The position numbers and the translations under genes are program-made. From an uncultured Thermoleophilia bacterium (GTDB taxonomy: Bacteria; Actinomycetota; Thermoleophilia; UBA2241), in NCBI GenBank assembly GCA_963814545.1, contig CAWFDC010000014.1, positions 201,387-265,386 on the forward strand: a stretch of DNA of 64,000 bases. Reading direction: 5' to 3'. Shown here piece after piece: positions 38,509 through 48,099 of this stretch. The notes beneath the pieces were generated by a model. It was not told where the DNA came from and made no database searches. It worked only from the letters and a program-made list of their open reading frames with translations. Position 1 is the first letter of the stretch, and every line of letters begins with the position of its first letter.

Positions 38509-39523
38509 GTTCTTCCTCCCTCAAGGGCACCACGACGTAGACGTGGGTGCCGCCGTCGTGGCTCGAGACGATGTTCACCGTACCCCCGAGCAGCTCGGCC
38601 CGCTCGCGGATCGACAGCAGACCGAGACCGTAGCGCTCGCCCGGGTCGGCGAGCACCTCGTCGGGGTCGAAGCCGACCCCGTCGTCGTGCACCGCGAAGC
38701 TCGCGTACCCGGGCTGGATCTCCAGGTGCACGGAGACGCGCGTGGCGCCGGCGTGCTTGATGACGTTGGCGAGCGACTCCTGGGCGATGCGGTAGAGGGC
38801 CGTCTCCGTCTCGGCCGCGATGCGCTCGCCGGCGCCTTCGAAGTCCACCTCGACGATGAGCTCGGAGCCGCCGAGGTGGGACTGGATGTACCAGCGGAGC
38901 GCCGGGAGGAGGCCGAGGTCGTCGAGCATCGCCGGGCGCAGGTCGTAGATCAGCAGCTTGAGCTGCTCCATCGTGTGCCTGATGAGCTCCTTCGAGGTGG
39001 CGACGCGGTCCCTGACGTCGACCGGGCAGTCGCCGAGGCCCTTCTCGACGAGGTCGAGGTTGATGAGCGTCGCCGCCAGCGTCTGACTCGTCTCGTCGTG
39101 GAGCTCGCGGCCGATGCGGCGCCGCTCGTCCTCGATCGAGGTCAGCAGGCGCGAGGAGTAGCGGCGCGCCTCGTACTCGAGGCGCTCGACCGTCTCCGTG
39201 AGCGCGGCGGACACGGTCGAGAGGGCGGGGTCTATCTGTCCGCCTTCGGTCGCGAGGTGAGGGTCGATCCCCTTGTGGATCGCTTCGACGATGCGGCTCA
39301 TGTCGAGGAGCGGGCGCAGTGTGGTGCGTACGAGCACGTAGTTGACCAGGACGGCCACGGCGAGGCCCGCGACGGCCACCGTCGCGGCGACCGTCCCCGA
39401 AGGCACCTCGGGCCACAGACGGCCGGCGAGCACCCCGCCGACGGCCACGACGGCGGCGACGACGGCGTTGGCCGCCAGCAGCCGGCCGACGGCCGGATGG
39501 CTGGTCAGTCTCCTCGCGGTCAT
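38501..39523 (-). CDS. sensor histidine kinase (HisKA_3 / NarX-DesK type), two N-terminal TM segments
   Basis: ELHDETSQTL H-box and NVIKHAGA...DDGVGF...YGL ATPase motifs. The start chosen is MTARRL with GGAAAGGA upstream; the longest ORF extends to 39640. Confidence 0.85.
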   Translation of the reverse strand: MTARRLTSHPAVGRLLAANAVVAAVVAVGGVLAGRLWPEVPSGTVAATVAVAGLAVAVLVNYVLVRTTLRPLLDMSRIVEAIHKGIDPHLATEGGQIDPALSTVSAALTETVERLEYEARRYSSRLLTSIEDERRRIGRELHDETSQTLAATLINLDLVEKGLGDCPVDVRDRVATSKELIRHTMEQLKLLIYDLRPAMLDDLGLLPALRWYIQSHLGGSELIVEVDFEGAGERIAAETETALYRIAQESLANVIKHAGATRVSVHLEIQPGYASFAVHDDGVGFDPDEVLADPGERYGLGLLSIRERAELLGGTVNIVSSHDGGTHVYVVVPLREEEHD

Positions 39524-39705
39524 CGGCGGGCAGTCCTTTCCGGCCGACCGCTCGCGGTCGGCCCCCGCGGGACGCTGCCGTGCTCGGCGCGTGCGGGACG
39601 TGCCGTGGTGAACGTTAGCCCATACCGCCGCCGGGCGCACGCGTGGCCGGCGCGCGCGCAGGCGGGCGCGGCGGGCTCACAGGCCGATCCGGCCACTCAG
39701 TAGAA

Positions 39706-39759
39706 CTACCTAGTCGACCCTAGGGTATAGACCTAGCCCTGCACACGTGGTATAGGTAG
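39706..39759. promoter_or_regulatory. cluster of palindromes in the only AT-richer patch upstream of the second hydrogenase operon
   Basis: CTACCTA (39706-12) and TAGGTAG (39753-59) form inverted arms. A perfect 10-bp palindrome ACCCTAGGGT lies at 39717-26 and CACGTG at 39743-48. Lies between the divergent kinase gene and the hdrA-like gene. Confidence 0.35.
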
Positions 39760-39874
39760 CACACGGGACCGCGGATCGGGTGCGCGCGATGGCAGCGAGG
39801 GGGCGCGCCGCCCGGCGTCGTGGTACGAGTTGTTCCAGGCATGGTCCGGCACCGCCAAGGGTCAGGGGGTTGGT

Positions 39875-41684
39875 ATGAGGATCGGCGTCTACCTTTGCGA
39901 GGAGGAGGCGGCCGCCACGAAGGCCGTCGACCTCCACTCCATCTTCAACTACGCGAACAACCTCCCCGGGGTGGAGCACGTGGGGGTCTTCGGCGAGCAA
40001 CCGAGGCTCCTGCCCGACGTCCTCGCGGCGGAGATCAAGCGGCACCGGCTCGACCGGGTGGTGATCGCCGGCCATTCCCCGGGCTTCTTCAAGCCGGCCT
40101 TCACCCGCGCGATGGCGACCGTCGGCGGCGACCCCACCGAGGTCAGGCTCGCATCGTTCAGGGAGCACGGTGCGGCCGGCGGCGCGGCCACCGCCCGCGC
40201 CAAGTCCATCCTGGCCTGCGCCGTGCTCGGCGTGCCCTACGCCCTGGCCGCGACGCCCGACTCCACGCCGGTCCACCCCACGACGGTCGTGGTGGGCGGC
40301 GGCGTGGCCGGCATCCAGGCCGCCCTCGAGATCGCCGACGCCGACAAGCAGGTGGTGCTGGTCGAGAAGATGGGCACCATCGGCGGCCACATGGCGATGT
40401 TCGACAAGACCTTCCCCACGCTCGACTGCGCCGCCTGCATCCTGACGCCCAAGATGGTGGCCGTCGGGCAGCACGAGATGATCGACCTGATGACCTACTC
40501 CGAGGTCGAGAAGATCGAGGGCACGCCCGGCGCCTACACGGTGACGATCCGCAAGAAGGCGCGCCGCGTCGACGTCGACGCCTGCGTCGTCTGCCACGCC
40601 TGCGCCGACGCCTGCCCGGTCAAGGTGCCGAGCGAGTTCGACGTCGGCATCGCGCTGCGCAAGTCCGTCTACATGCCGTTCCCGCAGGCCGTGCCCAACG
40701 CCTACCTCATCGACGAGGCGAGCTGCCTGTACGTGCAGAGCGACGGCAAGCGCTGCGGCAACTGCGCCAAGAAGTGCCCCAAGGAGTGCATCGACCTCGA
40801 CGCCAAGGACGAACTGGTCGAGGTCGCCGTCGGCAGCATCATCCTGGCGACCGGCTACGACATCTACGACGCCGCCAAGGTCGAGCGCTACGGCTACGGC
40901 GTGCTGCCCAACGTCATGACGGCGCTCGAGTTCGAGCGCCTCACCAACGCGTCGGGCCCCACCGGCGGCAAGATCGTCACCAAGACCAAGCAGTTCAACA
41001 AGAAGACCAAGACCGACGAGTGGGTCGTCGACCCCGAGGGGCCCGCGCCCACGATCGGTCGCCATCATCCACTGCGTCGGCTCGCGCGACGCCCAGCACA
41101 ACCAGTACTGCTCGCGCGTCTGCTGCATGTACTCGCTCAAGTTCGCCCACCTGGTGCGCGAGAAGCTGCCCGACGCCGAGTGCTACGAGTTCTACATCGA
41201 CATGCGCGCCTTCGGTAAGGGCTACGAGGAGTTCGCCGAGCGCATCAAGGCCGAGGGCACCTCGGTGATCCGCGGCCGCACGGCCCGCATCACCGAGGTC
41301 GACGGCCAGATGATCATCAAGGGCGAGGACATCCTCACCGAGCGCGTGATCGAGCACCCGGTCGACATCGTGCTGCTCGCCGTCGGCCTCGTCCCCGCGG
41401 CCGGCAACGCCCATCTCGCCGAGATGCTCGGCATCGAGCGCGACGACGACGGCTGGTTCAGCGAGCTCGACTACAACTCCGACCCGACCGACACCGAGCG
41501 CGGCGGCGTGTACGTCGCCGGCGCCTGCCAGGCCCCGAAGGACATCCCCGACACCGTCGCGCAGGCCTCGGCGGTCGCGGCCGGCGTGCTCAAGGCCATC
41601 GTCAGCGGCAAGGGTGTCGACAGCCACGCCACGCTGTCGCTCGAGCAGATCGAAGCCCGCGCCCGTAACCTCGTCGAGGTCTAA
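39875..41684 (+). CDS. HdrA-like FAD/FeS flavoprotein, QmoA-like variant (degenerate N-terminal domain, no C-terminal ferredoxins), frame-disrupted near 41055
   Basis: MRIGVYLCEEE replaces the CxCG Cys motif. Also VVVGGGVAGIQAAL, FPTLDCAACILTPKM, inserted ferredoxin CVVCHACADACP and CGNCAKKCPKEC, CSRVCCMYS, GACQAPKDIPDTVAQA. The protein ends about 40 aa after that. ORF 39830 continues in ORF 41127..41684. Confidence 0.8.
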
Positions 41685-41694
41685 GGAGGTCTTC

Positions 41695-42891
41695 ATGGCG
41701 ATCCGCGCCAACCCCAAGCTGATCGACGAGCTCGAGCGCTACGGAGCGGAGGACGTCTCCAAGTGCTACCACTGCGGCAACTGCTCCGCCGCCTGCCCGT
41801 TCTCGAAGGAGCCCTACACGTTCCCGCGGCACTCGATGCGCGCCCTGCAGATGGGGCTCGAGGAGAAGCTCGAAGGCGAGCTCGAGCCCTGGCTCTGCTA
41901 CTACTGCGGCGAGTGCAGCACCGAGTGCCCGCGCGACGCCGAGCCCGGCGAGACCATGATGAGCCTGCGGCGCTGGCTCACCGCGCGCTACGACTGGACC
42001 GGCATCTCCGGCCTCTTCTACCGGTCGTGGAAGGCCGAGCTGTTCGCGATCCTCCTCGTCGCCCTGCTCACCGGCGTCGGGTTCCTCGCCGCCGGCTACA
42101 TGATCGGCGGCGGCGACATCTCCATCTACGACGGCGAAGGCGCCTTCCTGCCGGCCGGCGAGAGCTGGTACGGCCTGCCGGCCAGCGGCGGCGTCCACCT
42201 CTTCGACTGGATCCTCGCCGGCGTCCTCGTCTTCTTCCTCGGCACCAACGCGATGCGCATGTGGTGGAAGACGATGGGCAGGGACAAGAGCCTCGACGTC
42301 TCCGCCGGCATGTACCTCAAGAAGGTCTACCTGCTGCCGGTGCACTTCTTCACCCAGAAGCGCTACGCCGAGTGCGAGCACAAACGGCCCTGGGTGGTGC
42401 ACCTCGTCCTCATGCTGAGCTACGTGACGATGCTGGTGCTCATCATGTTCTTCCTCGAGCGCATGGCGGCGGGCCCCGAGATCGACTGGCGGGTGCACGT
42501 CTTCGGCCTGCTGGCGACGGTCGGCCTCATCGGCACGACGGTCTTCGCCCTCCGCGGCCGCGTCAAGAAGTCGGAGACGCACTACCAGCACTCGCACGAG
42601 TCCGACTGGATGTTCCTGATCCTGCTCGTGATCGTCGCTTCGACGGGCTTCCTGCAGTACGCCCTGCACCGCTCCGGGTACGACGCGGCGGCCAACATCG
42701 CCTACGTCGTGCACCTCATGGCGGTCGTGCCGATGCTGGCCCTCGAGGTGCCGTTCAGCAAGTGGTCGCACCTCGCGTACCGACCGCTCGCCATGTACTT
42801 CGCCGACGTCCGCGCCGAGCCCGCGCTCGCCGCCATGCGTGAGCGCCAACTGGGCGACCTGCCGGCGACGGGCGCGTCGCAGGCCGCGTGA
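41695..42891 (+). CDS. QmoC-like fusion: 2x[4Fe-4S] HdrC-like domain + His-rich multi-TM cytochrome-b/NarI/HdrE-like membrane domain
   Basis: Intact 398 aa with AAGGAGG RBS. CYHCGNCSAACP and CYYCGECSTECP are followed by about 6 hydrophobic segments with conserved-looking His residues (HLFDW, VHFF, VVHLVLML, RVHVFG, VVHLMAV). Confidence 0.7.
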   Translation: MAIRANPKLIDELERYGAEDVSKCYHCGNCSAACPFSKEPYTFPRHSMRALQMGLEEKLEGELEPWLCYYCGECSTECPRDAEPGETMMSLRRWLTARYDWTGISGLFYRSWKAELFAILLVALLTGVGFLAAGYMIGGGDISIYDGEGAFLPAGESWYGLPASGGVHLFDWILAGVLVFFLGTNAMRMWWKTMGRDKSLDVSAGMYLKKVYLLPVHFFTQKRYAECEHKRPWVVHLVLMLSYVTMLVLIMFFLERMAAGPEIDWRVHVFGLLATVGLIGTTVFALRGRVKKSETHYQHSHESDWMFLILLVIVASTGFLQYALHRSGYDAAANIAYVVHLMAVVPMLALEVPFSKWSHLAYRPLAMYFADVRAEPALAAMRERQLGDLPATGASQAA

Positions 42892-42902
42892 GGGAGATCA
42901 GC

Positions 42903-44631
42903 ATGGACGAACCCAAGATCGGCTTCTACATCTGCAACTGCGGCACCAACATCGCCAAGATGGTCGACTGCGACGCGGTCGCCGAGGCGGCGAGCCACCT
43001 GCCGGGCGTGGCGGTCGCCAAGTCCTACAAGTACATGTGCTCCAACCCGGGCCAGGAGATGATCATCCAGGACGCGAAGGAGCAGGGGCTCGACCGCGTC
43101 GTGGTGGCGGCCTGCAGCCCGCGGATGCACGAGCCCACCTTCCGCAAGGCGCTCGCCACCGCGGGCGTCAACCAGTACTTCCTCGAGATGGCCAACATCC
43201 GCGAGCAGTGCAGCTGGGTCCACGACGACCGCGAGGCGGCCACCGAGAAGGCCAAGGCGCTCGCGTTCGGCGCCGTCAGGCGCGTCGCCTACCACGAGCC
43301 GCTCGAGCGCCGCTCGGTCGACATGTGCGCCAGCACGCTCGTCATCGGCGGCGGCATCGCCGGGCTGACCGCGGCCCTCGAGCTCGCCGACGCCGGCACC
43401 CAGGTGTACCTGGTCGAGCGCGAGGACCACCTGGGCGGCAACATCGCCCGCGTCGACCTCACGGCGCCGTACCTCGACTCGGCCCGCGACATGCTGAGCG
43501 AGCGCGTCACCCGGGTGCTCGAGCACCCCGACATCGAGGTGCTGCTCGACTCCGAGGTCGAGAGCATCGAGGGCTACGTCGGCAACTTCACCGCCAAGGT
43601 CTCCGGCAAGGCGGCGGGCAACGGCGACGTCGCGACGCACGAGATCGACGTCGGCAGCGTCATCGTGAGCACCGGCTACCAGGAGTTCGACGCCTCGCGC
43701 ATCACGCACTACGGCTACGGCAAGCTGCCCAACGTGATCACCTCGTTCGAGTTCGAGAAGATGCTGCGCCGCGGGCGAGATCGAGACCAAGGAGGGCAAA
43801 GTCCCCCAGTACGTGGCGATCGTGCACTGCGTCGGCAGCCGCAGCAAGGAGTTCCACGCCTACTGCTCGCGGGTCTGCTGCATGACGGCGCTCAAGTACG
43901 CCCACGAGGTGAAGTCGGCGATCCCCAACTGCTACGTCAGCGACGTCTACATCGACATGCACGCCTTCGGCAAGGGGCACGAGGACTTCTACCGGCGCAG
44001 CTCCGAGGTCAAGACCCTCTTCCTCATGTTCAAGAAGAACGAGCACCCGGTGATGCGCAAGGCCGACCCCAAGGACGACTGCGAGATGCTGATCGAGGTC
44101 AACGAGAAGCTCTCCGGCGAGATCATCGAGATGCCCGCCGACCTCGTCGTCCTCATGGTCGGCATGGAGGCCCAGGCCGACTGCCGCGAGGTGGCCCACC
44201 TGGTCAACATCAGCCACGACAAGGACGGCTGGTTCATCGAGAGCCACCCCAAGCTCGACCCGGTGGCGACGACGACCGACGGCGTCTACATCGCCGGCAC
44301 CTGCCCGGCGCCCAAGGACATCCCCGACACCGTCGCCCAGGCGCGGGCCGCGGCGGCGCGGATCCTCGCCCAGATCTCGCGCGGCAAGATCGAGATCGAC
44401 GCCGTGTTCGCCGAGGTCGACGAGGACCACTGCTCGGGCTGCCGCATCTGCAACGAGCTCTGCCCGTACACCGCCATCGAGTTCGACGCGGAGAAGCACA
44501 AGAGCCACGTGATCAGCGCGCTCTGCAAGGCGTGCGGCGCCTGCGTCGCCGCCTGCCCGTCCGGGGCCATCAAGGCGCGGCACTTCACCGACGAGCAGAT
44601 CTTCGCCCAGATCGAGGGGGTGCTGGCATGA
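42903..44631 (+). CDS. hdrA: HdrA paralog (QmoB-core-like: N-terminal Cys domain and C-terminal ferredoxins kept, inserted ferredoxin missing), frame-disrupted near 43775
   Basis: KIGFYICNCGTNI...AACSPRMHE, VIGGGIAGLTAAL, HCVGSR...CSRVCCM, GTCPAPKDIPDTVAQA, CSGCRICNELCP and CKACGACVAACP. ORF 42888 continues in ORF 43813..44631. Confidence 0.85.
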
Positions 44632-45062
44632 GCTTCGAGCCGAAGATCGTCGGCTTCCTCTGCAACTGGTGCTCGTACACGGGCGCCGACCTCGCCGGCA
44701 CGAGCCGCATCCAGTACGCGCCCAACGTGCGTGTGATCCGCGTGATGTGCTCGGCGCGCATCGACCCGACGTTCGTGATCCGCGCCCTCGAAGAAGGCGC
44801 CGACGGGGTGCTCATCTGCGGCTGCCACCCGGGTGACTGCCACTACTCCGAGGGCAACTACAAGGTGATGCGGCGCTTCCCGCTGCTCAAGAAGCTGCTC
44901 GCGGAGTACGGCATCGAGAACGACCGCGTGCGGCTCGAGTGGGTCAGCGCCAGCGAGGGGCAGCGCTTCGCCGACATCGTCAACGACATGACCGAGCGGG
45001 TCCGCGAGCTCGGGCCCAGCAAGATCCGGCCGGCCCTGCAGGCCGACGCGGCGGAGAGGTGA
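44628..45062 (+). CDS. mvhD: MvhD family protein, copy 2
   Basis: MSFEPKIVGFLCNWCSYTGADLAG...ICGCHPGDCHY, 144 aa. The ATG overlaps the hdrA stop (ATGA). Confidence 0.88.
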   Translation: MSFEPKIVGFLCNWCSYTGADLAGTSRIQYAPNVRVIRVMCSARIDPTFVIRALEEGADGVLICGCHPGDCHYSEGNYKVMRRFPLLKKLLAEYGIENDRVRLEWVSASEGQRFADIVNDMTERVRELGPSKIRPALQADAAER

Positions 45063-45064
45063 CT

Positions 45065-46042
45065 GTGGCCGAGAAGCTGCAGATCGCGATGTACTGGGGC
45101 GCCGCCTGCGGCGGCTGCGACGTCTCGGTGCTCGACACCAACGAGTTCATCCTCGACATCGCCGCCGCCTGCGACATCCGCTTCTGGCCGATCGCCGTCG
45201 ACGGCAAGTACTCCGACCTCGAGGCGATGGACGACGGCGAGCTCGACGTCTCGTTCTTCAACGGCGCCGTGCGCAACAGCGAGAACGAGCACGTCGCCAA
45301 GCTCCTGCGCCAGAAGAGCAAGCTCATGGTGGCCTTCGGCTCGTGCGCCCACCTCGGCGGCATCCCGGGGCTCGCCAACCTCGCCACGAAGGGCGAGATC
45401 TTCGACCGCGCCTACCTGCACAACCCGTCGATCCAGAGCGGCAACGAGACGGTGCCGCAGCCGGAGAGCACCGACGACGGCTACGAGCTCGAGATCCCCG
45501 TGTTCTACGACCGGGTCTACAAGCTCGACGACGTGGTCGACGTCGACTACTACCTCCCCGGCTGCCCGCCGGCGCCGACCCAGGTCAAGGCCGTCGTGCA
45601 GGTGCTGGTGGCGGTGCTCACCGGCCAGGCCGAGGCGCCGCCCAACGGCGCCGTGGTCGGCGCCTCCGAGGTGGCCGTCTGCGAGGACTGCCCGCGCACG
45701 CGCGAGGAGAAGAAGATCACCAAGTTCTACCGTCCCTGGCAGATCATCCAGGACCCCGAGCGCTGCCTGCTCGAGCAGGGCATCCTCTGCGCCGGCATCG
45801 TCACGCGCTCCGGCTGCGGGGTGCGCTGCCCCAACACCAACATGCCCTGCCGGGGCTGCTACGGTCCGCTGCCCAACGTGACCGACCAGGGGGCCAAGTT
45901 CGTCAGCGCCCTGGGCTCGATCATCGACAGCAAGGACCCGGAGGAGATCGAGCAGATCATCGCCGACGTCCCCGACATCGCCGGCCTGAGCTACCGCTTC
46001 GGACTGCCGGCCTCCCTGCTCCAGAGGAAGGTCACGCCATGA
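45065..46042 (+). CDS. mvhG: [NiFe]-hydrogenase small subunit MvhG-like, copy 2 (intact)
   Basis: VAEKLQIAMYWGAACGGCDVSVLD, FGSCAHLGGIPG, YYLPGCPP, GCGVRCPNTNMPCRGCYGP. A GTG at 45065 aligns with the copy-1 N-terminus; an in-frame GTG at 45059 is also possible. Confidence 0.88.
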   Translation: MAEKLQIAMYWGAACGGCDVSVLDTNEFILDIAAACDIRFWPIAVDGKYSDLEAMDDGELDVSFFNGAVRNSENEHVAKLLRQKSKLMVAFGSCAHLGGIPGLANLATKGEIFDRAYLHNPSIQSGNETVPQPESTDDGYELEIPVFYDRVYKLDDVVDVDYYLPGCPPAPTQVKAVVQVLVAVLTGQAEAPPNGAVVGASEVAVCEDCPRTREEKKITKFYRPWQIIQDPERCLLEQGILCAGIVTRSGCGVRCPNTNMPCRGCYGPLPNVTDQGAKFVSALGSIIDSKDPEEIEQIIADVPDIAGLSYRFGLPASLLQRKVTP

Positions 46043-47505
46043 CCCGACGCATCAGCATCGACCCCATCACCCGGCTCGAGGGCCACGGCAAGATCGAGAT
46101 CTTCCTCGACGACGACGGGGCGGTCGAGGACTGTCACTTCCAGATCCCCGAGCTGCGCGGCTTCGAGCGCTTCGTCGAGGGCCGCCCGATCGAGGAGCTG
46201 CCGCGCATCGTGACCCGCATCTGCGGCGTCTGCCCGGCGAGCCACCACATGGCCAGCGCCAAGGCGGTCGACGGCTGCTTCGGCAACGAGTGCCCGGAGC
46301 TGGCCCACAAGCTGCGCGACATGTACTACAACGCGCACTACATCCACAGCCACATCGCCCACTTCTACGCCCTGGCCGCCCCCGACTTCGTCTGCGGCCC
46401 CGACAGCGACCCCGCGATGCGCAACATCCTCGGCGTGGTCGACAAGGTCGGGCTCGAGATCGGCGGCGCGGTCATCAAGGCGCGGGCGATGGCGCAGGAG
46501 ATCCAGATGCTCCTCGGCGGGCGCTTCACCCACCTTGTGTGGTGCCTGCCGGGCGGCGTCGCCAAGGGCTGCTCCGAGGAGGAGCTCGAGAAGATCAAGC
46601 CCATGGTCGCCGAGCTCTACGACTTCACGCAGTTCTCGCTGCAGCTCTTCCGCGACGTCGTGCTCGCCAACGAGGGCTACGTCGACCTCATCGTCAACGG
46701 CCCGTACACGCTCGACGTGCACAACATGGGCCTGGTCGACGAGAACAACAAGGTCAACTTCTACGACGGCAAGGTACGCGTCGTCGACTACGAGGGCAAC
46801 GAGATCGTCAAGTACGCGCCCAACGAGTACATGAACGTGGTCGCCGAGCACGTCGAGCCGTGGTCCTACCTCAAGTTCCCGTACCTCAAGGAACGCGGCT
46901 GGAAGGGCTTCGTCGAAGGCATCGACACGAGCCTCTACTGCGCCACGCCGCTCTCGCGCCTCAACGTCGCCGACGGCATGGCGACGCCCAAGGCGCAGGA
47001 GGCCTGCGACGAGATGTTCACGACCCTCGGCGGCAAGCCGGTCAAGGCGCAGCTCGCCCAGCACTGGGCGCGCCTCGTCGAGATGGTGCAGAACGCCGAG
47101 ACCCTGCAGATGTACTGCGACGACCCGGAGATCACCGGCGACGGCTACCGGGTCGTCCCCCAGCAGATCACCGGCGAGGGCGTCGGCATCGTCGAGGCCA
47201 TGCGCGGCACCCTGACCCACCACTACACCTGCGACGAGAACGGCATGTGCACGAGCGCCAACCTCATCGTCGGCACGACCAACAACAACGCCCCCATCCA
47301 CATGATGACGAAGAGGGTCGCCAGCACCCTGATCAAGCCCGGCGTCGAGCCCGACCAGGGCATCCTCAACATGGTGGAGATGGCGTTCAGGGCCTTCGAC
47401 CCGTGCTACAGCTGCGCCACGCACAGCCTGCCCGGCGAGATGCCCCTCGAGGTGCAGATCATCAAGGGCGGCAAGCCGTATCGCGAGTTCAGGCGTAACT
47501 GCTAG
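46039..47505 (+). CDS. mvhA: [NiFe]-hydrogenase large subunit MvhA-like (group 3c-like), copy 2 (intact)
   Basis: 488 aa with RLEGHGKIEIF, RICGVCPASHH and C-terminal DPCYSCATH plus extension. The ATG overlaps the mvhG stop. Confidence 0.92.
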   Translation: MTRRISIDPITRLEGHGKIEIFLDDDGAVEDCHFQIPELRGFERFVEGRPIEELPRIVTRICGVCPASHHMASAKAVDGCFGNECPELAHKLRDMYYNAHYIHSHIAHFYALAAPDFVCGPDSDPAMRNILGVVDKVGLEIGGAVIKARAMAQEIQMLLGGRFTHLVWCLPGGVAKGCSEEELEKIKPMVAELYDFTQFSLQLFRDVVLANEGYVDLIVNGPYTLDVHNMGLVDENNKVNFYDGKVRVVDYEGNEIVKYAPNEYMNVVAEHVEPWSYLKFPYLKERGWKGFVEGIDTSLYCATPLSRLNVADGMATPKAQEACDEMFTTLGGKPVKAQLAQHWARLVEMVQNAETLQMYCDDPEITGDGYRVVPQQITGEGVGIVEAMRGTLTHHYTCDENGMCTSANLIVGTTNNNAPIHMMTKRVASTLIKPGVEPDQGILNMVEMAFRAFDPCYSCATHSLPGEMPLEVQIIKGGKPYREFRRNC

Positions 47506-47517
47506 CGGCCGCCGCGG

Positions 47518-48099
47518 ATGAGCGACGCAACGCAGGCGAGCGGTGAGAAGGGCGGCGATGTCAAGACGCTGCTCATCGGCATGGGCAACCCGATCGTCAC
47601 GGACGACGCCGTGGGGATCCTGCTGGCGCGCGAGGCGGGCGCGGCCCTCGGGCCGCGCCCCGGCCTCGACGTCATCGACGAGTGCTGCATCGGGGGCCTC
47701 AACCTGCTCGACCTCGTCGCCGGCTACGACCGCCTCGTGGTGCTCGACTCGATCAAGACCCGCGACGGCGTGCCCGGCACCTGGTACCGCTTCGACGCCA
47801 CCGACCTGCGCGAGACGATGAACCTGCGCAACGTGCACGACGCCAACTTCGCGACGGCGATGGCCCTCGGCCGCTCGGTGGGCATGCACCTGCCCGACGA
47901 CGCCGACGTGCACATCCTCGCCGTCGAGATCGACGACAACATCAACTTCGGCGAGCAGCTCAGCCCGCCGCTGGCGGCCGCCTACGACGAGCTGCGCGAC
48001 GAGATCCTCGCCGAGGTGCGCCGGGTGCTCGACGGCGAGGCGGCGAGCGAGGCCGTCGGCGACGAGCCCGCGACCGCAAGGAGCGCGACATGGAGATGA
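47518..48099 (+). CDS. hydrogenase maturation endopeptidase, copy 2 (intact)
   Basis: LLIGMGNPIVTDDAVG, VVLDS, HDANF. 193 aa. Confidence 0.85.
   Translation: MSDATQASGEKGGDVKTLLIGMGNPIVTDDAVGILLAREAGAALGPRPGLDVIDECCIGGLNLLDLVAGYDRLVVLDSIKTRDGVPGTWYRFDATDLRETMNLRNVHDANFATAMALGRSVGMHLPDDADVHILAVEIDDNINFGEQLSPPLAAAYDELRDEILAEVRRVLDGEAASEAVGDEPATARSATWR

Noticed and set aside
45991-47913. 640-aa minus-strand ORF, plus similar ones at 39710..41140, 41602..42849 and 42702..43847
   Set aside because: All are antisense to the intact cluster-2 hydrogenase/Hdr genes and have no recognisable domains. They are GC-driven open frames.
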